Source: a virus
DNA length: 64,000 nucleotides
Virus record (IMG/VR): IMGVR_UViG_3300042374_001687
Span: 64,001-128,000 of that record
Direction: 5' to 3' (one strand)
Below are positions 9,793-18,509 of the stretch, piece by piece (the first letter of the stretch is position 1; each line of letters starts with the position of its first letter). A program made the translations under genes and the position numbers. The notes under the pieces are model-generated. The model saw only the letters and a list, made by a program, of their open reading frames with translations. It was not told the origin of the DNA and made no database searches.

Positions 9793-10599
9793 ATGAAGAT
9801 TGAGCACATATCTGTTTCCAGGGGTAAATCTTACGACCAGTGTCCCTACTACTACAAATTAAAATACCACGAGAAGATTCCGAATCCGGGCGAAGAGCAG
9901 TTTTATTTTGTTTATGGCAAAATCATACACAAGATCGCTGAGCAACATGTTCAAGAACGAGGAGCAAGAAGCCTCAAAGAGGTTTCTAATGATGTTCTCA
10001 AAGGCGCGATAGAAATAGAAGATGGCAAAAAGGCCCCGCCGTTGCCGGCCGACTATAAGAAAAGAATGCCGCAACACATAAAGGCGATAGACAACCTCAA
10101 TAAGAAGATAGGGTGCGACGGCATAACCGAATATAAATTCAAGTACGACTTGGATCCTCCTCATGGAAAGTTCGTAACGGGCTTCATAGATCGAATAATA
10201 TTAAGGAACTCCAAGGCATGGATATTGGACTACAAGACAACGAAGCCCGGGCCGTTCAGAGAAAACAAGCACACCATAAAGACCGATCCCCAGCTGAGGC
10301 TATACTCAAGGGTTGTTCAAAAAGAATTCGGGATTGATCCTGCGAACATAAAGGCAGCCTTGTATTACCTTGAAGGAGAACATCTGCTGCCCGCTTCATA
10401 TAGCGAAGATTCGCTAGACATGATAGAGAGGGAACTTCTAGAAGTTTATAATTCAATAAGTTCTCACGACCCGGACAAAGCGTTCGGCAAGACCGGTAAC
10501 CACTGCAACAGATGCGAATACAGGGACATGTGTCCATTCTTTAGGAATGGAAGTTCTAAAAAAAGAATAACCTGGGACGGCGACCTCGGAAGTCTCTGA
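9793..10599 (+). CDS. PD-(D/E)XK nuclease, Cas4/RecB-AddB-like with Fe-S cysteines
   Basis: 'S.S...YDQCP', 'GKIIHKIAE', 'GFIDRI', 'ILDYKT', 'QLRLY' and C-terminal 'HCNRCEYRDMC'. Confidence 0.85.
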   Translation: MKIEHISVSRGKSYDQCPYYYKLKYHEKIPNPGEEQFYFVYGKIIHKIAEQHVQERGARSLKEVSNDVLKGAIEIEDGKKAPPLPADYKKRMPQHIKAIDNLNKKIGCDGITEYKFKYDLDPPHGKFVTGFIDRIILRNSKAWILDYKTTKPGPFRENKHTIKTDPQLRLYSRVVQKEFGIDPANIKAALYYLEGEHLLPASYSEDSLDMIERELLEVYNSISSHDPDKAFGKTGNHCNRCEYRDMCPFFRNGSSKKRITWDGDLGSL

Positions 10600-10614
10600 T
10601 GCCGTCCCGGCTGT

Positions 10615-11475
10615 TCAGAACAATAAGAAATTCGGCACTGGGATGAGATTATTGTCGGAAATCTTCTTGAGTCTGTCCCAGTCATAAATGGGTATCAAGT
10701 CTAAGTCCATCTTCTTTTTCAATATCCATTCATGCTTGTTTTTAATAAACACAGCCTTTATTGAATTTAAGGGGGTGAAGAATCCTATGCCCCTGCCGGT
10801 TAATTCAGAGGTTCCCCAGCATATGCCTACAAGCTCTCCATCGTTTGTCAACAGACCTCCTCCGGACCTTCCCGGCCTGGGGCTGTTTTTTTCAGTGACT
10901 ATATCAGGATCTTTATACTCCAAAACTTTGACCTCGTATCTGGCGACCTCCCCTCCTCCGTCACAGCCCAATGAATTCAAAACCATTCCTTTCTTGATTT
11001 CAAAGTGAGGGGCTATAGGGAAAAATTGGGGGCTCCAGTCAGGCTGGAACCTCAAGAGGCTTGAGTCGAACCCTCTGTCGTTGCTCCAAAAAAGAACCTC
11101 TGCCTCATACGATTGAGTTTGCGGCAGTTTAAATCCATTTTTGTACCATACGACAATGCTGGCCTTCTCGGGCCTTTTGGGATCGTAGGACTTGTTCCCG
11201 TCCCACATATGGCCGCACGATATGACATACGCCCAGTTTGACTCTTGGTCATAGTGGCATATGGTTCCCGAACCAGAAGAAGATTTTACAGATATTTTAA
11301 CAGAAGCCGAGAGAAAATTTATATATCGCTTGTCCCTTTCTTCTTTGGGCAGCGAAAAGTCCACAAGCATAGCCGAATCTCTCAAGATCGGATAAAACGG
11401 TTCTTGAGAATATGACTGGTTGATACTTGTGAAGTAAAATGCTATAATACAGAAGACAATTGAAATCCTTTTCAT
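10615..11475 (-). CDS. Secreted trypsin-like serine protease
   Basis: N-terminal signal peptide. Catalytic triad in 'SCGH', 'FDSSLL' and 'PGRSGGGL'. GGAGG RBS before ATG 11475. Confidence 0.85.
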   Translation of the reverse strand: MKRISIVFCIIAFYFTSINQSYSQEPFYPILRDSAMLVDFSLPKEERDKRYINFLSASVKISVKSSSGSGTICHYDQESNWAYVISCGHMWDGNKSYDPKRPEKASIVVWYKNGFKLPQTQSYEAEVLFWSNDRGFDSSLLRFQPDWSPQFFPIAPHFEIKKGMVLNSLGCDGGGEVARYEVKVLEYKDPDIVTEKNSPRPGRSGGGLLTNDGELVGICWGTSELTGRGIGFFTPLNSIKAVFIKNKHEWILKKKMDLDLIPIYDWDRLKKISDNNLIPVPNFLLF

Positions 11476-11493
11476 TGTTAGCCTCCATGCTAC

Positions 11494-11505
11494 AAGTATA
11501 TACTT
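11494..11505. promoter_or_regulatory. Palindromic putative late promoter AAGTATATACTT between divergent genes
   Basis: Perfect 12-bp palindrome 19 nt from start 11475(-) and 10 nt from start 11515(+). Matches the window-wide TA.ATA motif. Confidence 0.5.
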
Positions 11506-11514
11506 CACAAGGAA

Positions 11515-12030
11515 ATGAATAATTTAGCCCTTTTCGTCACCCACAGTATATTTTTGACCGAAGAACAAATAGAGTCCTTGTTGAGAACTGAAGGATGTCT
11601 GGAGGTCGTGGGTCACTGTGTGCCCGTATGGGTGAATGCAAAAACGGGAGAAACAACGGAGCCGGGAAGCGAAGTTTTCTGTAACTATAAAATTCACAAT
11701 TCAGGAGAGAAGGTTGCTCAAATAAGCAACCTCAGGAAGAAAGGATTTGAAATATTTCTTCCCGGGGTTGGGGATTGGGTGCCTCCTGCTGATCTAGACC
11801 TTGAGCGGATGTCGGTATGGTCTAGTGAAGAAAGAATGTCATTTTTGAAGGAAAGGGACAAGTGGTGGTTCAACAACCCAAGGCCACCGTCGGCAGACCA
11901 ACTTAAGAATGGATACTTAAGGTTTGAAGTGAAAAAAATAAAGCAGAAGACGAAGAAGCATCAATATTCAGCCCAGCATATAGTGGAAATTGCTAATATG
12001 GGACGGCTGGTGGACTCTTTAACAATTTGA
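11515..12030 (+). CDS. Hypothetical protein
   Basis: 171-aa ORF with AAGGA RBS. Confidence 0.65.
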   Translation: MNNLALFVTHSIFLTEEQIESLLRTEGCLEVVGHCVPVWVNAKTGETTEPGSEVFCNYKIHNSGEKVAQISNLRKKGFEIFLPGVGDWVPPADLDLERMSVWSSEERMSFLKERDKWWFNNPRPPSADQLKNGYLRFEVKKIKQKTKKHQYSAQHIVEIANMGRLVDSLTI

Positions 12031-12528
12031 TAGTGCCATTCCCATTTTCATTGTGATTGTCTCTCCATCCGACACTGTTATGTTTCTACTTAATGGGGCG
12101 GATGATATTAGAACATTATTTGTTCCATAACCAAGATTTGTTGTAAGAAAAATATTCTTTACTGGTCCCCATGCTCCGCCGGTAGCCTTGAATAGTATGA
12201 CTGGGCTGTTGGCTTGACGATGTCCCGAATTGGTCGTCACAACATCAAAACTATCCGGCTGTATTTGTTGCCTCTCGTAGGCATTGTCTGTGGGTTCGAA
12301 GCCGAACAAGGATCCTATGCCCACCGAAGGATCCAAAAAGGTTCTAGAGTCTAGTCCGATATAGTATTTTTCAGGCACGGACAATCCGGCGAACAATATC
12401 TTTAAAATCAGTTCTTCGCCCGCGTAATGAAGAATGTTTTTGACATCCTTTTCTATGTGGAGCAATTCTCCATTCTTTGAAAGATGCTTGATCTCAAGAA
12501 CTTTCATTAAGCCGCGCCACTCTTTCAT
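12019..12528 (-). CDS. Probable virion (tail/baseplate-associated) protein
   Basis: 'KNIL...GE..IL...F...YIGL...Y.RQ......F.ATGG.WG.V..IFL' pattern typical of phage tail structural proteins. AAGGGG RBS at ATG 12528. Confidence 0.55.
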   Translation of the reverse strand: MKEWRGLMKVLEIKHLSKNGELLHIEKDVKNILHYAGEELILKILFAGLSVPEKYYIGLDSRTFLDPSVGIGSLFGFEPTDNAYERQQIQPDSFDVVTTNSGHRQANSPVILFKATGGAWGPVKNIFLTTNLGYGTNNVLISSAPLSRNITVSDGETITMKMGMALSNC

Positions 12529-12568
12529 TGTATCCCCTTTATTAACTTTGTCCCACATATATACGATC

Positions 12569-12793
12569 ATGGAATTTAAAAGATGGCTGGCTGAGGTGGG
12601 TGGCTCTGGCGGAATCGGGGGAGGATTGACTCCACCCTTGGAAAAAGCCACCGGATACTCCGGGGCATTCGCCGACTATCATGGAAAGGGGGCGAGCGAT
12701 CCCAAAAATCCCAATGGCACTCTTCCGCCCGTACCTCAAAAGGTCTTCCGAAGGGATTTCAAAAAGAAAGCAAAAACCTTGAGAAAGGTCTGA
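12569..12793 (+). CDS. Small protein with capsid-targeting-like N-terminus (MEFKRWLAE) and basic C-terminus
   Basis: ATG 12569 follows TATATA. The N-terminal motif is shared with many ORFs in the window. Confidence 0.6.
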   Translation: MEFKRWLAEVGGSGGIGGGLTPPLEKATGYSGAFADYHGKGASDPKNPNGTLPPVPQKVFRRDFKKKAKTLRKV

Positions 12794-12796
12794 TAT

Positions 12797-12979
12797 GTGA
12801 ACTACCCACTCCCCTAAAGGGAGTGGGCTTCCTGCTTCAACCTCGGTTGCCCTTGATTGCTCTCAGGTCTTACACCAAGTCCACAGGCTATTCCCGTAGT
12901 TCCTGCGGTTCTTTTCGCTTCATTAACCGCCATCTATCCCAGCCCCTAAAGGGACTGGGTTTTCTGGCGGCGAGGATAT
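12797..12979 (-). mobile_element. Non-autonomous IS200/IS605-family element (left-end hairpin + TnpB omega/reRNA-like right end, no ORFs)
   Basis: On the minus strand, TTTAT precedes the left hairpin ccgccagaaaacccagtccctttaggggctgggatagatggcgg. It continues 'accgcaggaactacgggaatagcctgtggac...gaagcaggaagcccactccctttaggggagtgggtagTTCAC', the typical tnpB 3'/right-end architecture. Confidence 0.75.
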
Positions 12980-12989
12980 ATAAAGAGCC

Positions 12990-14549
12990 ATGACAAAAGA
13001 CCAAATACTAAGACAGATAGACTCCATAATAGACGGTTGGGTCAACGACACAATTTCCAGTTTGACATCCGGCAAGTCAGAGGTTCAACCAAGAGGAATA
13101 TGGGACAGGCTCAAAGGCACATTCTATAACTTAAGGTATGGAAGAAACGACAAGCAAAACAACCCATATTATTGGAAGAACAGATTTGGCGATGAATTGG
13201 GAACAAAGCAAGAGTGCCACAACCCGTCATCCCTCACGCTTTCAGAGTATTGCGTCTTGAAATCTACGGTAAATGAGGCACAGACGATAATAAATGAAGC
13301 GTTAGATCCCGAGACGGAAAAGTTACGGCTTGTTCAACTTATTAGAAAGGCGGCGGAAGACCTTAAGGGTCGACTTCGCTCTGTTCTTTCCGCTTGGGAT
13401 ATGACCCAAGCCTCTTCCGGGAGCGGTATGGAGAAGGCCACCGCGGACAGAAATGTGGGAGGCGCCTCCGCGGGAAATAAAAAAGATCCCGAACCTGTTC
13501 CTAGCAGCGATGTAGACAATTCTCATGCTGGTGAGGAAGCGAAAACAGCAGCCGTGACCGGAGGTGCAGAGACGGCGCCCGTGAGCGGCGGTGTGGAGAC
13601 GGAGCCCGTGACCGGAGGTACGGAGACGGCACAAAGCGCTGCAAAATCAAGTGGCGGAAAATTGCCGACGGTTAGTGCGGCGGATGGCGGAAATGCAGTG
13701 GGGACAAACAAAGGTAAAAAAACAGAGACAGACTTAAAAAAGAGTATTCGAGAAGCTGCAAAAACCAGAAAAGAAAGTCCTAGCAATTTAACTCCTCAAG
13801 TTTCTTGGCTTAATTCTGGGGGGAGGTTAGTCAAAGAAAAAATGCCTTGGGTAATAGCTTGGATTTCTACCATGCCTCATGCTAGCTATGACGACGAAAT
13901 CATAGAGAGGGAATTAAAAAACAAGGATCGAGTTGGAGACAAATTCGCTTCCAAATTCAAAGGTCTGGCGTGGAAAAAGGAAGGTCACAGATCTTTGATC
14001 AGAGGCCTAAGGCAACACTTGGGCTTAATTTCTGACGAGGATTTCAAGAAAATAATTCACGACTTGACAGGTGGCGATACCGTAGATGCTGAAATTTCTA
14101 GATCAAAACAAGAAGTTAAGCCCGGGGCTGAGAAAAAGACCAAACAAAAAGAGGATCCTAAACAATCTGCGGTTTCTTCTAGGGGGGGCGAAAAGGAACA
14201 AGATCAAGATTCACCTAAAAAAGACGAAGAGAAAAAGAAGGATCTCCTCAAAACACTTTATGAGGGGAAGACAACAAAGGAGATACTTGACGGCATAAAA
14301 AGCAGATTGCTTTCGCCCTCGTGGATATTTCTAGGAAAGGACGAATCAATAGGCAGAAAATTCAACACACTCATGGGCAAGCTGAGGGCTCAGTATGGGG
14401 GTGACGACGACAAAACTCCGAACGCTCAAGAAGAAAGCAAGAATGGACTTATCATCAAAATTGCAAGTGGCGATCTATTAAAGGACATCCTGCAGACTGT
14501 TGGCTCGGGAAAGCTTAAAGAATCTGATCTGATTGGATTTTTAGGCTAA
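12990..14549 (+). CDS. Hypothetical protein with low-complexity A/G/T/E linker (possible internal head protein)
   Basis: 519-aa ORF after TATATA, with 'GG.ET.PV' short repeats and possible (I/L)xE maturation sites such as IINE. Confidence 0.6.
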   Translation: MTKDQILRQIDSIIDGWVNDTISSLTSGKSEVQPRGIWDRLKGTFYNLRYGRNDKQNNPYYWKNRFGDELGTKQECHNPSSLTLSEYCVLKSTVNEAQTIINEALDPETEKLRLVQLIRKAAEDLKGRLRSVLSAWDMTQASSGSGMEKATADRNVGGASAGNKKDPEPVPSSDVDNSHAGEEAKTAAVTGGAETAPVSGGVETEPVTGGTETAQSAAKSSGGKLPTVSAADGGNAVGTNKGKKTETDLKKSIREAAKTRKESPSNLTPQVSWLNSGGRLVKEKMPWVIAWISTMPHASYDDEIIERELKNKDRVGDKFASKFKGLAWKKEGHRSLIRGLRQHLGLISDEDFKKIIHDLTGGDTVDAEISRSKQEVKPGAEKKTKQKEDPKQSAVSSRGGEKEQDQDSPKKDEEKKKDLLKTLYEGKTTKEILDGIKSRLLSPSWIFLGKDESIGRKFNTLMGKLRAQYGGDDDKTPNAQEESKNGLIIKIASGDLLKDILQTVGSGKLKESDLIGFLG

Positions 14550-14938
14550 TCATCCCAGTCATCGTCTTCATCTTCGTCGTCGTCTTCGTCGTCGTCCCAA
14601 TCATCGTCTTCATCTTCGTCGTCGTCGTCCCAATCATCGTCTTCGTCTTCATCTTCGTCGTCGTCCCAATCGCTATCCCAATCGTCGTCATCGTCTTCAT
14701 CGTCGTCATCCCAATCCTCGTCGTCTTCGTCGTCGTCGTCGTCTTCGTCTTCGGAGGCTTCTTTCCACTCCCACTCGGTTATGCCTTCACTATCGTCGTC
14801 GTCGTCATCCTCATCATCTTCTTCTTCATACTGATGATTTTCTTCGTCGTCATCAAGCCTACTGCAGGGGCTTGAGTACTCATCAAACCAGTCATTTCCG
14901 TAAATGTTTTCAACTTGACTCTCAAAATCATCACGCAT
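14546..14938 (-). CDS. Extremely acidic Asp/Glu protein with periodic Trp
   Basis: TAGGAGG RBS and TATAAT upstream. C-terminal (W-D-D-D-E-D-E-D-D-D)n repeats. Confidence 0.75.
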   Translation of the reverse strand: MRDDFESQVENIYGNDWFDEYSSPCSRLDDDEENHQYEEEDDEDDDDDDSEGITEWEWKEASEDEDDDDDEDDEDWDDDDEDDDDDWDSDWDDDEDEDEDDDWDDDDEDEDDDWDDDEDDDEDEDDDWDD

Positions 14939-15025
14939 GGTTTAAAAGCCTCCTATTAATCGCCATTTTAGATATGGAACTTATTATAGTCAACCCCAAA
15001 AAACTCTCGGCCGATATATATTCAA

Positions 15026-16435
15026 CTAGGACAGAAATCTTCTTTGAAGCTTATTGTTTTCCACATACCACATCTTGCCTTTCCCAATGGAGTCGGATAT
15101 GCCCATGAGGCAAGCCGCGGTGGATTCTTTAATTTGATTTTCATCTGGCTTGATTTCGGCCACAAGTCTACCCTTGTTGTCAAATTCATAATACTCGTCG
15201 GATGGAATATCTATCTCAAAGTCCTCATTAGAGACGGATAGTCCCGAAACCAATGGCAATTCGCTAAATTTAATCGCCTTTTGGCCCTTGACGCAAACCG
15301 TCGTGATTCTGCTATTTTTAAAAACGCTGTCGTTCTTTTTGAGGCTTCTGGCAACATCCTTCCAGGACAAGTTAGACAAGGCCTTTATCTCATTTTGCTT
15401 TATCAAGCCCCATTCTACGAAAACATCCTTTACAATCTTTGAATATGTGGCCCCCTTTGAGGAGGCGACGGCAACCATCGCCATCGCCAAGTTGGAATAG
15501 TAGTCTACCACTCTTCCCGTGTTTGGAATTGCTTGGGCCATTATTGAAAATGAAACATCGCGGGCTGTTTTTGCAGCAGTAAGCTGATCGACCTTCAAAG
15601 ACATTTGTTGTTCGTATATCCGGACGAATATCTCGTACCAGGCGGCCGAAAAAACTCTTCCGAAACTGTGACACTCGGCTGCAAGCTGGTTGTTTGGGGC
15701 ATCTTTCGGGAGTCCGGCAGGATTGACATATTTGAATTTTTCTATGGCCGGATCCCTCAACGAATTGGGGAGGCATGTTCTGTCTTTGGATATTTTGCTT
15801 ATTAATATTCCGATTTCTTCGGCAAGTCTTGAAATTATATTGGAACTCCTCAAATCTCCATTGTTTTCCTTGAGGGCGGCGACCAAGGCCATTTCGTAAT
15901 TCATCATGTTGAACATCGCGACGATGTCCGAAAAAGCCTCGTGAAAAGACCATATCTCCAAGGATTGAACGCTCCAGAAATCGGGCCTCATGGAATCAAG
16001 AATAGCATGACCTAATTCGTGCGTCACTATATCTTGTGAGTCGCCGAAATAATAGTTCTTCCCTGAGTGCCTGTAGTAAAAGAACCTGAGCGAAGCTCTG
16101 TCGTAATAGGCATTCAAATCAGATCCGGCGGCGGGAATCACCTGGAGGAGGTTTGTGGCGGCCCAATTTTTAACCGGCGTCTTAAGATGGCTTTGGACTT
16201 TCTCTATGCAGTTCCCGACGGATATGTGGCAATTGGCGGCTCTTGTTTCATCCTCATTTTTGGGGACGGGATTAAAGCCTTTGACTGCATATTTAAGGAG
16301 TCCCGACTTTGGAAAAGTGAAATTCTCAACGAGGTTGGGAGTGGTCGGATCGTTGATCGTGTATTTTCCCAAAAATCGGGCCACATCAGAATGAATTCTC
16401 TCAAGTGCCGACAACTCAAACAGCTTCTTGAACAT
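15026..16435 (-). CDS. Zinc metalloprotease, M4/M36 (thermolysin/fungalysin) family
   Basis: 'NAYY', 'DIVTHELGHAILD' (HExxH), 'SFHEAFSD', 'LRD' and 'ECHSFG'. AAGGAGG RBS at ATG 16435. Confidence 0.85.
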   Translation of the reverse strand: MFKKLFELSALERIHSDVARFLGKYTINDPTTPNLVENFTFPKSGLLKYAVKGFNPVPKNEDETRAANCHISVGNCIEKVQSHLKTPVKNWAATNLLQVIPAAGSDLNAYYDRASLRFFYYRHSGKNYYFGDSQDIVTHELGHAILDSMRPDFWSVQSLEIWSFHEAFSDIVAMFNMMNYEMALVAALKENNGDLRSSNIISRLAEEIGILISKISKDRTCLPNSLRDPAIEKFKYVNPAGLPKDAPNNQLAAECHSFGRVFSAAWYEIFVRIYEQQMSLKVDQLTAAKTARDVSFSIMAQAIPNTGRVVDYYSNLAMAMVAVASSKGATYSKIVKDVFVEWGLIKQNEIKALSNLSWKDVARSLKKNDSVFKNSRITTVCVKGQKAIKFSELPLVSGLSVSNEDFEIDIPSDEYYEFDNKGRLVAEIKPDENQIKESTAACLMGISDSIGKGKMWYVENNKLQRRFLS

Positions 16436-16463
16436 ACAACCTCCTTGTTTTTGTTCCCAAAGA

Positions 16464-16473
16464 TATCTAGATA
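16464..16473. promoter_or_regulatory. Palindromic TATCTAGATA putative bidirectional late promoter
   Basis: Perfect palindrome between the divergent protease and MscL genes. An identical palindrome is at 52176. Confidence 0.55.
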
Positions 16474-16506
16474 CTAAGATCAAAAATGTACAATCAATTT
16501 TCAACA

Positions 16507-17028
16507 ATGTGCAAGAATCAAGAAGTAGAGGCGCAGATTAAATCGCTCATAGGAGAGAAGGAACTGCGAGAGTACAGAAACTTTGCCTTCAAGGATGACA
16601 TGTTGAAGTTGTCTGTGGGGATAATACTTGGGAACTCTTTCAATAAGGTTGTGCATGGGATATCGGATTATCTTGTCATGCCTATATTCACATTTTTGGT
16701 TTCAAAGACGGGGGATGGATGGAGGAATTGGACATTCACTCCCGTGAAGGGGCTGAATTTTGAGTTGGGACACCTTTTCGGCGTATTTTTTGACTTTCTG
16801 CTAATATCGATGCTGCTCTATGTCTTCTATATTAAGTTGATTGGGCAGATCGTAAATCGAGAAGTACCGAGCCTTAAGAACTGCCCTCACTGTTGTGGGC
16901 GCATAAATGCGGCTGCGAGAAAATGTCCGTTGTGTACGGGAGACATGATCGTAGAAGGAGATCCAATTGTCAAAACAAGAAGAACTAGAAGCAAGGATAC
17001 GAGAGCAAAGAACCGTAGAGGCAAATAA
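16507..17028 (+). CDS. mscL: Large-conductance mechanosensitive channel MscL with C-terminal Zn-ribbon
   Basis: 'EYRNFAFKDDMLKLSVGIILGNSFNKVV...DYLVMP' (TM1), 'ELGHLFGVFFDFLLISMLLYVF' (TM2) and 'CPHC...A.KCPLCT'. Confidence 0.8.
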   Translation: MCKNQEVEAQIKSLIGEKELREYRNFAFKDDMLKLSVGIILGNSFNKVVHGISDYLVMPIFTFLVSKTGDGWRNWTFTPVKGLNFELGHLFGVFFDFLLISMLLYVFYIKLIGQIVNREVPSLKNCPHCCGRINAAARKCPLCTGDMIVEGDPIVKTRRTRSKDTRAKNRRGK

Positions 17029-17581
17029 AAAAGGACTCATCGGTCAGAACGGAAAGATAGGGGTTGTGCTAAAGATGATGGGTCAGCCGATAGTGTCCCA
17101 CTCTGAGGGCGGAGCATATGTGGACACAAACTATCTAGAGTACGAGGAGGAAGCCGGTGAGCCTAGAAGTTCCGCTGAACTTCTAGAAAAAATCCCCATC
17201 ATGAACATTGATGGAAGCTTAAGGCCTGAAACTGCCGAGTGGGCTCAACTAGCCGATCCGGTTTCGTATGGGATATACAATGTGGGGTGGTATTTTGATG
17301 GCCTCAGTCGGGGAATGCACCTTGAAATAAAATACATGGACTCAGAGGCGGAACTTGTTGTCTTGCACAAGGGATATGTGGTGTACAAAGAGATAAAGGG
17401 AGAGATCGTTTCCTATGTTCCAAAAGATGAGTGGGAGGGCTGGGTAAACAATTTGTACAATAAGGCAAAAGACATGCAGAGAAAGATGAAGGAAAATGAA
17501 TTTGAGGAGCAAGTGAGAGAGTCGGAGAGAAAAAAGAAAAGTTGGTGGTCGGAAATGAAATCAAGGTGGGGAATAGAGTGA
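16967..17581 (+). CDS. Hypothetical protein
   Basis: 204-aa ORF with TTG start after an AGGAG RBS. Confidence 0.65.
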   Translation: MSKQEELEARIREQRTVEANKKGLIGQNGKIGVVLKMMGQPIVSHSEGGAYVDTNYLEYEEEAGEPRSSAELLEKIPIMNIDGSLRPETAEWAQLADPVSYGIYNVGWYFDGLSRGMHLEIKYMDSEAELVVLHKGYVVYKEIKGEIVSYVPKDEWEGWVNNLYNKAKDMQRKMKENEFEEQVRESERKKKSWWSEMKSRWGIE

Positions 17582-17584
17582 AAC

Positions 17585-17615
17585 AAAAAAGCCCAGATTT
17601 TGAAATCTGGGCTTG
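17585..17615. terminator. Intrinsic terminator between convergent genes
   Basis: aagcccagattt-tg-aaatctgggctt stem with an A-tract on the left. Confidence 0.7.
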
Positions 17616-17643
17616 AAATTAAGCTACGGCCGTGCGTTGTAGG

Positions 17644-18036
17644 TCACATGAAAAAAATGATATACGCCAAGACCAAAACTTGTAGTCCCACGATGGCGCC
17701 AAATACATACATATCGTAGCGGGTCTTTGACTTAATCTTATCCTCAACGACTAGTTGCATGGGCGACTTGTGAGAAACCGACGCGGCGGACGAGAGACCT
17801 TCCGATCTGCCTTGGTCGCAGCACACTCTTTCCGAGATTCTGTTGATCACCTCTCCTGTGACCTCATCGAATGTTTCGGTCTCTCTTTCACAGACGCAAT
17901 AGTGCTCGATGACTCTCTGCGCCAGCTTTTTCTGCGGCTTGGGCTCAACAAATACTTCAGTAACCCTAGTCAGCGAATCAGGTGTATTCTCCACCTTCTC
18001 GGCCTTTCTTCCGTCATCAAGCGTGAATTCAGACAT
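17644..18036 (-). CDS. Hypothetical protein with C-terminal TM anchor
   Basis: AGGAGG RBS and a hydrophobic C-terminal helix. Confidence 0.65.
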   Translation of the reverse strand: MSEFTLDDGRKAEKVENTPDSLTRVTEVFVEPKPQKKLAQRVIEHYCVCERETETFDEVTGEVINRISERVCCDQGRSEGLSSAASVSHKSPMQLVVEDKIKSKTRYDMYVFGAIVGLQVLVLAYIIFFM

Positions 18037-18116
18037 TTAGTCCTCCTTGTTTAATACCCACGCGCCTTCTATGTGTATTTATAATTGATCGTCAAGAAAA
18101 AATTGAATTTTGGTAC

Positions 18117-18150
18117 AAAAAAACCCCCCTGGCCGAAGCCAGGGGGGTTT
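18117..18150 (-). terminator. Intrinsic terminator
   Basis: aaacccccctggc-cgaa-gccaggggggttt (UUCG loop on minus) followed by a T-tract on minus. Confidence 0.8.
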
Positions 18151-18173
18151 GTAACAATCAAAAAGGAGTCAGA

Positions 18174-18452
18174 TCAAGCACCGTGAACGATGAGATCGGT
18201 CAAGGTGTGCTTGCTGAGCGTGGACTTAACTCCTCCCTTAACCGGAGCAATTTCGCTCTTCTTAAAGGACTTGATGGGAGCATCCTGGAGCCGGGTGCAA
18301 ACCGTGTTGCCCCTGCGAAGGACATATCCCTTCACCACATCGCCCTTGTTCTCAACGACCGCAATGGTCGTGCGAATGGGCTTGCTGTGGGTTCCCTTGT
18401 AAAAGAACTTCCAGACCGGGAGGTTTCTGACCAAACAATAACCTGTCGACAT
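18174..18452 (-). CDS. Small basic hypothetical protein
   Basis: AAAGGAG RBS at ATG 18452, with its own terminator. Confidence 0.65.
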   Translation of the reverse strand: MSTGYCLVRNLPVWKFFYKGTHSKPIRTTIAVVENKGDVVKGYVLRRGNTVCTRLQDAPIKSFKKSEIAPVKGGVKSTLSKHTLTDLIVHGA

Positions 18453-18509
18453 TGATTGAACTCCTTTCTTAAAGTTCAGGTATAGAGACATCTTATCAGA
18501 TCTGTTCTG

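Noticed and set aside
9793-10599. CRISPR-Cas adaptation module
   Set aside because: Solo Cas4/RecB-like nuclease with no cas1/cas2 or array in the window.
12434-12651. Extended ORF-track starts for 12019-12651(-) and 12434-12793(+)
   Set aside because: They would overlap head-to-head. RBS and motif evidence support starts at 12528(-) and 12569(+) around a shared TATATA.
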